Shown here in pieces: positions 33,301 through 35,534 of a DNA stretch of 35,534 nt. A program made the position numbers and the translations under genes. Position 1 is the stretch's first letter, and the number at the start of each line of letters is the position of its first letter. Origin of the DNA: Octopus bimaculoides (taxonomy: Eukaryota); the NCBI RefSeq assembly GCF_001194135.2, contig NC_069005.1, forward strand, positions 31,300,536 through 31,336,069, read 5' to 3'. Below the pieces are notes generated by a model that was not told the origin of the DNA, did not search any database, and was given only the letters and a program-made list of their open reading frames with translations.

Positions 33301-33936
33301 GGTAACATGATACAGATACATTGCCTGAAATATAAATGGAATGGTCACTTCTGGAATGTCTTGAACCATAATTTTGCTCATTCTTACCATGGACTAAACA
33401 ACAAAAGCAACAATAACGAAAAGGGAGCTTCTTTGTGATCACCTGATATGCAAGAAATAGCAGCCAAACCTCACTTGAGCTACACCCTAACAATTACTCT
33501 TTTGCTCTCTCGCTCTTTTACCTATTTCAGCCCATGAGTTGTGGCCTAGCTGGAGCCATGCCATGGACACATCACACAATGTCATCATATACATGCTTAA
33601 AATTCTCTCAAGACAGTCACTGTTAGAATAGCTTTGATCGTTTGATCAGAGCATAGGTCTGTTTGACCAACACTGACTTGGGGTTAAACAACAGGAGCAA
33701 CAACAACAACAATTAGTTACAGTAATAAATAAGACATAGCTTACCATTAAACCTAAAGGAAGTAGATCTTGTAAAGTGATGTACTTGGAAACACCACTCT
33801 CAGTCAAAAGTGGTAAAAATTCTTCAGTTAAGTTTTGTCTCAGTAAAATTTCGGTAAGATTCTGCCTAGAAAATCCAAAACAGGGATTGCTGAAAAGGAG
33901 CAAAACCCCACATAAAACAACTCCTTGTTTGTACAT
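10778..33936 (-). CDS. nrf-6-like: NRF-6/OACYL-like membrane O-acyltransferase (NRF domain + acyltransferase-3 domain); spliced gene, 15 visible coding exons, 821 aa visible
   Basis: Manual exon assembly: join(complement) 33745-33936, 27873-27984, 26303-26499, 25781-25898, 24615-24708, 22839-23497, 20283-20376, 19750-19848, 18599-18758, 17212-17291, 16285-16380, 15403-15517, 14647-14842, 13526-13668, 10778-10888. All introns are GT-AG, all phases match, and there is no internal stop. Family motifs: LDASGKPPAGILQG..WAGDYESC, AVDTFFLLSG, RFLRLTP, WWSNLIYLNN, WTWYLANDVQFY, KPWTR..PFLIG, RLTYGAFLLHP. The symbol is a family label, not an orthology call. Confidence 0.93.
11430..11597 (+). mobile_element. 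Helitron/Helentron-associated (DINE/HINE-like) non-autonomous element, 3' end
   Basis: ccaaatttggtgaaaatccgttcagcc..., a (CAGA)-like tract and terminal hairpin taccctg...cagggta. Confidence 0.55.
13160..13475 (-). mobile_element. tRNA-derived SINE
   Basis: Head at ~13400-13475 plus the gttgtgttcttgagcaaggcactttatttcacgttgctccagttcac domain shared with 960-1100 and 14280-14585. Confidence 0.7.
13526..13668 (-). CDS. Exon 14: GIVTNLLSCSAFIPLDRLTYGAFLLHPIVMSIAKRLNMVTIYLSTPTV
   Basis: Acceptor acatcttgcag|, donor GTG|GTAAGT, phase 1 to 0. Confidence 0.95.
14280..14585 (-). mobile_element. tRNA-derived SINE (family D-related)
   Basis: Shares gggttccagttgatcc...cgtgaaattaacg with 9094-9458. Confidence 0.75.
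14647..14842 (-). CDS. Exon 13: LFLSVGWFVVLAVSMVIC...YELLSRPIWALLVSWVIVICASGNG(G)
   Basis: Acceptor catttctgcag|, donor G|GTAAGC, phase 0 to 1. Confidence 0.95.
15403..15517 (-). CDS. Exon 12: ITYDDVHTKPWTRMSPFLIGILLGYFLRMKLRKRSISK
   Basis: Acceptor tttttttctcag|, donor AAG|GTGAGG, phase 2 to 0. Confidence 0.95.
15750..16140 (-). mobile_element. RTE LINE C-terminal fragment
   Basis: LCWFGHVMHMDKDSCIKMCQALIVEGTSGRGRPKKTLDQVVRKNL; homologous to 3842-4265. Confidence 0.88.
16285..16380 (-). CDS. Exon 11: LPSVGFLVVTFLFCAYVATTTVLWQKLLNET(S)
   Basis: Acceptor ctcccatttttcag|, donor TC|GTGAGT, phase 2 to 2. Forms a TM helix in a frame different from the ORF-track frame. Confidence 0.9.
17212..17291 (-). 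CDS. Exon 10: CMSWTWYLANDVQFYSVAPIILSLIT(A)
   Basis: Acceptor cttcttctccatttcag|, donor GC|GTAAGT, phase 0 to 2. W-Y-L-x-x-D-x-Q-F-Y motif. Confidence 0.95.
17423..18136 (+). repeat. 109-bp tandem minisatellite (55+54-bp dimer), ~6 copies, interrupted by a 10-N gap
   Basis: Unit starts (ttCCAG) at 17423, 17532 | 17615, 17724, 17833, 17942, 18051; spacing is exactly 109. Confidence 0.95.
18136..18432 (+). repeat. (GAT/GAC/AAT)n compound trinucleotide tract
   Basis: Visible directly; source of several spurious poly-D/M/I/S ORFs. Confidence 0.95.
18599..18758 (-). CDS. Exon 9: LTPYYAIVLIYVTCLMPYMFEGPFNDLSIETPCREKWWSNLIYLNNMYKIKDM
   Basis: Acceptor ttttatttccag|, donor ATG|GTAAGT, phase 2 to 0. 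Confidence 0.95.
18860..19660. mobile_element. Penelope-like-associated non-autonomous repeat(s) flanked by (TA)n
   Basis: Degenerate CTGATGA/GAAA-like motifs, a 40-bp palindrome and TA-microsatellite borders. The family assignment is inference. Confidence 0.4.
19750..19848 (-). CDS. Exon 8: GTLLTYSFIDNFYSRGESGLKYILKIYLLRFLR
   Basis: Acceptor ttattttccag|, donor AG|GTAAGC, phase 2 to 2. RxxR motif. Confidence 0.94.
20283..20376 (-). CDS. Exon 7 (visible): NPLSAMPIAQRFTFEAVFSATFAVDTFFLLS
   Basis: Acceptor tattctgtcacag|, donor AG|GTAGGC, phase 1 to 2. Contains the AT3 VDxFFxxSG motif. Confidence 0.94.
20720..20796 (-). ncRNA. Type I hammerhead ribozyme motif (Penelope-like-element type), one core deviation
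   Basis: GTGGCTGGATAA-CTGAAGA-[GATGGTTGGAGCGG AACA CCGCCCGGACATC]-G-GAAA-CTC-G-GAG-TA^TTATCATGGCTAC. Stems I, II and III all pair, and the cleavage triplet is GUA. Confidence 0.7.
20892..21442. other. Assembly gap (N); others at 2663-2842, 13827-14052, 17536-17545, 22390-22448 and 26726-27348
   Basis: N runs, mostly bordered by (TA)n. Confidence 0.99.
21593..21660 (+). repeat. Interstitial degenerate (TTAGGG)n
   Basis: gttagggttagttttaaggttagggttagggttagggtta...ttagggttagcgttagggtta. Confidence 0.8.
21930..22010 (+). repeat. (AAT)n microsatellite
   Basis: Perfect tract. Confidence 0.97.
22026..22783 (-). mobile_element. Family D SINE (minus) split by a nested family A SINE (plus, 22343-22707)
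   Basis: Family D sequence stops at aataaacact and resumes at aacgcccagtctggg after the family A 3' end; compare 9376-9390. Confidence 0.88.
22839..23497 (-). CDS. Exon 6 (659 nt): TM helix VFFSVYFLLLLVGTIYDI followed by a ~200-aa low-complexity loop
   Basis: Acceptor atttcag|G at 23497 gives phase 2, matching exon 5. Donor A|GTAAGT at 22838, phase 1. Coincides with ORF 22738-23469. Confidence 0.9.
24240..24417 (+). mobile_element. mariner-derived element, right part
   Basis: QGLEKLKD..NKCVNLRGE (mariner transposase C-terminal pattern) and right TIR ccaggaacttttcagtacccccctcg|TA. Confidence 0.8.
24615..24708 (-). CDS. Exon 5: (N)IIQRFAPVNLTSVVCKKPPNLLKHNEAIGA(L)
   Basis: Acceptor ttttttgttcttgctctag|, donor TT|GTAAGT, phase 1 to 2. 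Confidence 0.87.
24730..24947 (+). mobile_element. mariner-derived MITE, both TIRs
   Basis: gagggggtgctgaaaagttcctggc ... ggaactttgtagcaccctcttg|TA; same family as 24240-24417. Confidence 0.82.
24995..25290 (+). repeat. (CAA/CAT/CAC)n compound tract
   Basis: Visible directly. Confidence 0.9.
25453..25719. mobile_element. hAT (Charlie-like) MITE
   Basis: TIRs CAGGGGTTTTCAAACT / AGTTTGAAAACCCCTG. The 8-bp flanks ctttagat and acctacat match only partly. Confidence 0.8.
25781..25898 (-). CDS. Exon 4: AALLPLFGQQLHGMSVIWDICTTQRCSAPEMKTLFTPAF
   Basis: Acceptor ttttctttatccactag|, donor A|GTGAGT, phase 0 to 1. C-x4-CS motif matches the NRF C.P..CS position. Confidence 0.88.
26303..26499 (-). CDS. 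Exon 3: (L)LDASGKPPAGILQGAVHWAGDYESCLKI...GQYCSV...IKKIP (NRF core)
   Basis: Acceptor tttccatttag|, donor CCG|GTAAGT, phase 1 to 0. Canonical NRF motif. Confidence 0.95.
27873..27984 (-). CDS. Exon 2: FLNAYKGIDRNITKGCMNDTHMVMSNILNLSIGWQKR (start of NRF domain)
   Basis: Acceptor ctttttcttttacag|, donor T|GTAAGC. Phase 0 to 1 bridges exons 1 and 3. Contains the N.T..C..D and W-x-x-x-x-LDA pattern. Not in the ORF track. Confidence 0.9.
28865..29775 (+). repeat. Long compound (TG/TA/TATG)n region with a 156-bp higher-order duplication
   Basis: catgagtacatgcatg recurs at 29374 and 29530 with matching flanks. Confidence 0.9.
30335..30810 (+). mobile_element. RTE LINE reverse-transcriptase fragment, decayed
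   Basis: VRQSCLLSPMLF (GVRQGC.LSP.LF motif), LDFANE (degenerate FADD), VEEIMNLTYLRSIVTSNG...DVSHRIGK. Confidence 0.85.
31060..33170. mobile_element. Cluster of ~8 family B SINE copies in both orientations
   Basis: Plus copies at ~31060, 31270, 31490, 31715, 31905 and 32768; minus copies at ~32081-32385 and 33055-33170. Confidence 0.8.
32106..32250. mobile_element. Tc1/pogo-type MITE inserted in a SINE
   Basis: TA|CCATATTTTAATGTATATAAG ... CTTATACACATTAAAATATGG|TA. Confidence 0.85.
33745..33936 (-). CDS. Exon 1: MYKQGVVLCGVLLLFSNPCFG signal peptide ... LLPLGLM (64 aa)
   Basis: ATG at 33936-33934 (the ORF track starts at an upstream TTG). Hydrophobic N-terminus. Donor ATG|GTAAGC, phase 0. 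Confidence 0.85.
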
Positions 33937-34384
33937 AGTCAATGTTTAGGTGCAGAGTTGGTTTATTTTTTAGGGGTTTTTTTTTGGGGGGCTTCTTTCT
34001 TTTTTGTATTTTCTTTTTCTCTTTTTGTAGAATTGATATTATTTTCTCTCGCTATTTTTTATAAAATGTCCAAAGAATTGGATAAAAAAAAAATGCCAAA
34101 ATATTTCGTCCTCAATGGGTAAATTCCCAGCCGAAGTGATATATATTGGATTTTAAATCCATTGAATTTTTATCATCGGATTACTACCTGACTGTCTGTC
34201 ATTTCTCAGTACATTACTCTAAGTCTAATTGGTACCTCACCCTTTCACTTTATGGTACAATAACACTTCGCTTTTCAGAGTGTATATATTTGTGTAGATG
34301 TGTGGTATATATATATATGTATGTATGTATGTATGTATTTATGTATACTTGTGTGTGTGTGTCTATGTGTGATAATGAGATTAC

Positions 34385-34424
<40 letters not shown>

Positions 34425-34581
34425 ATGTCTATCATTGGCTGATATAAGGTAAAGCAATAAAATAGATTTTGTATGCATGTAAGTGTGTGTGTATGTATCT
34501 GGCTATGAATGTAAGATTATGTGTTTTTGTGTGCATATGTATGTATCTCTCTTTCACTTTATCTATCTCTCAGCAATTGTA

Positions 34582-34698
<117 letters not shown>

Positions 34699-34869
34699 TT
34701 AAGAAAGAGATTGTTCATTTATATGTTCCTTTCTCTGTGTGTGTGTGTGTGTACCTCTAAGTATATGTGTGTGTGTGCACATGTACCTGTGTGTGCGTGG
34801 GAGTGTGTGTACATGTTTCTGCGAGAGGTTATCTAGCTATGTACACATGTACATATGTATCATTATTTG

Positions 34870-34911
<42 letters not shown>

Positions 34912-35477
34912 TCTCTCTCTCAGTCTTTCTCTCACACACATTTATGATTTCAAAGAGATGAAGAGAAAGAGAGAGAGATTGTTCATCTATAAGTAGCTTC
35001 CTATGTATGTGTACCTCTGTACCTCTGAATGTGTGTGTGTGTGTGTGTATGCATGCGCGTGTGTGTGTCTTTAACCACACAAAGTTAAGTTTAACTTTTC
35101 CTTATCATCCTTTCTTTTCTCCTCCTCTTCTACACTCTTACAAATCACTCTTCTTCTCCATTCTTTCCTTCTTCCTTTCTTCCCTCCTTTCTTCCAATCA
35201 CCATCTTTCCTTTATTTCTTCTTCTTTTTGTCTAGCCTTGTTAAATCACGGCTGCGGTCACTGGACTAATAAACATCGAATGCAGGCATCCCTACCGCTG
35301 CGCCCTCTCTCCATCAGCCACCTGAGATAAGCAAATGCCATCTACTCACCTGCTTACCTACCTTGTCATCTTACCGTCTGCCCATCCATCTATCTTTCCA
35401 ATGCAACACATCACACCCTTCTAATTGAAATACATAAGCTGTGCAAATCAAGCAGGGCACTGAACACACAAGAAGAT

Positions 35478-35521
<44 letters not shown>

Positions 35522-35534
35522 GTATATATATATA

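Overview
Animal genomic DNA, not prokaryotic. It is AT-rich, dense in (TA)n/(CA)n/(GAT)n microsatellites and tRNA-SINEs, and has seven N-gaps. The repeat families suggest an octopus assembly (inference). Most ORFs in the supplied track are microsatellite or gap artefacts. By reading splice sites I reconstructed one minus-strand gene from 33936 to 10778. It has 15 visible coding exons, all GT-AG and phase-compatible, totalling 2466 nt (821 aa + stop). The product has a signal peptide, an extracellular NRF domain, a TM helix, a ~200-aa Ser/acidic/Pro/Tyr-motif loop and a multi-pass acyltransferase-3 domain (NRF-6/OACYL family). The segment that normally carries the first acyltransferase helix is not visible and probably lies in the gap at 20892-21442. 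The rest is intronic or intergenic and made of SINEs, RTE LINE pieces, Penelope-like remnants, MITEs, a FLYWCH/Mutator remnant and a decayed LTR retroelement. Best leads: a near-intact type I hammerhead ribozyme lying sense in an intron (20720-20796), the signalling-like cytoplasmic insert in exon 6, a dimeric 109-bp minisatellite, and an exact ETS-CRE composite motif at 7660 that may mark an unannotated promoter.
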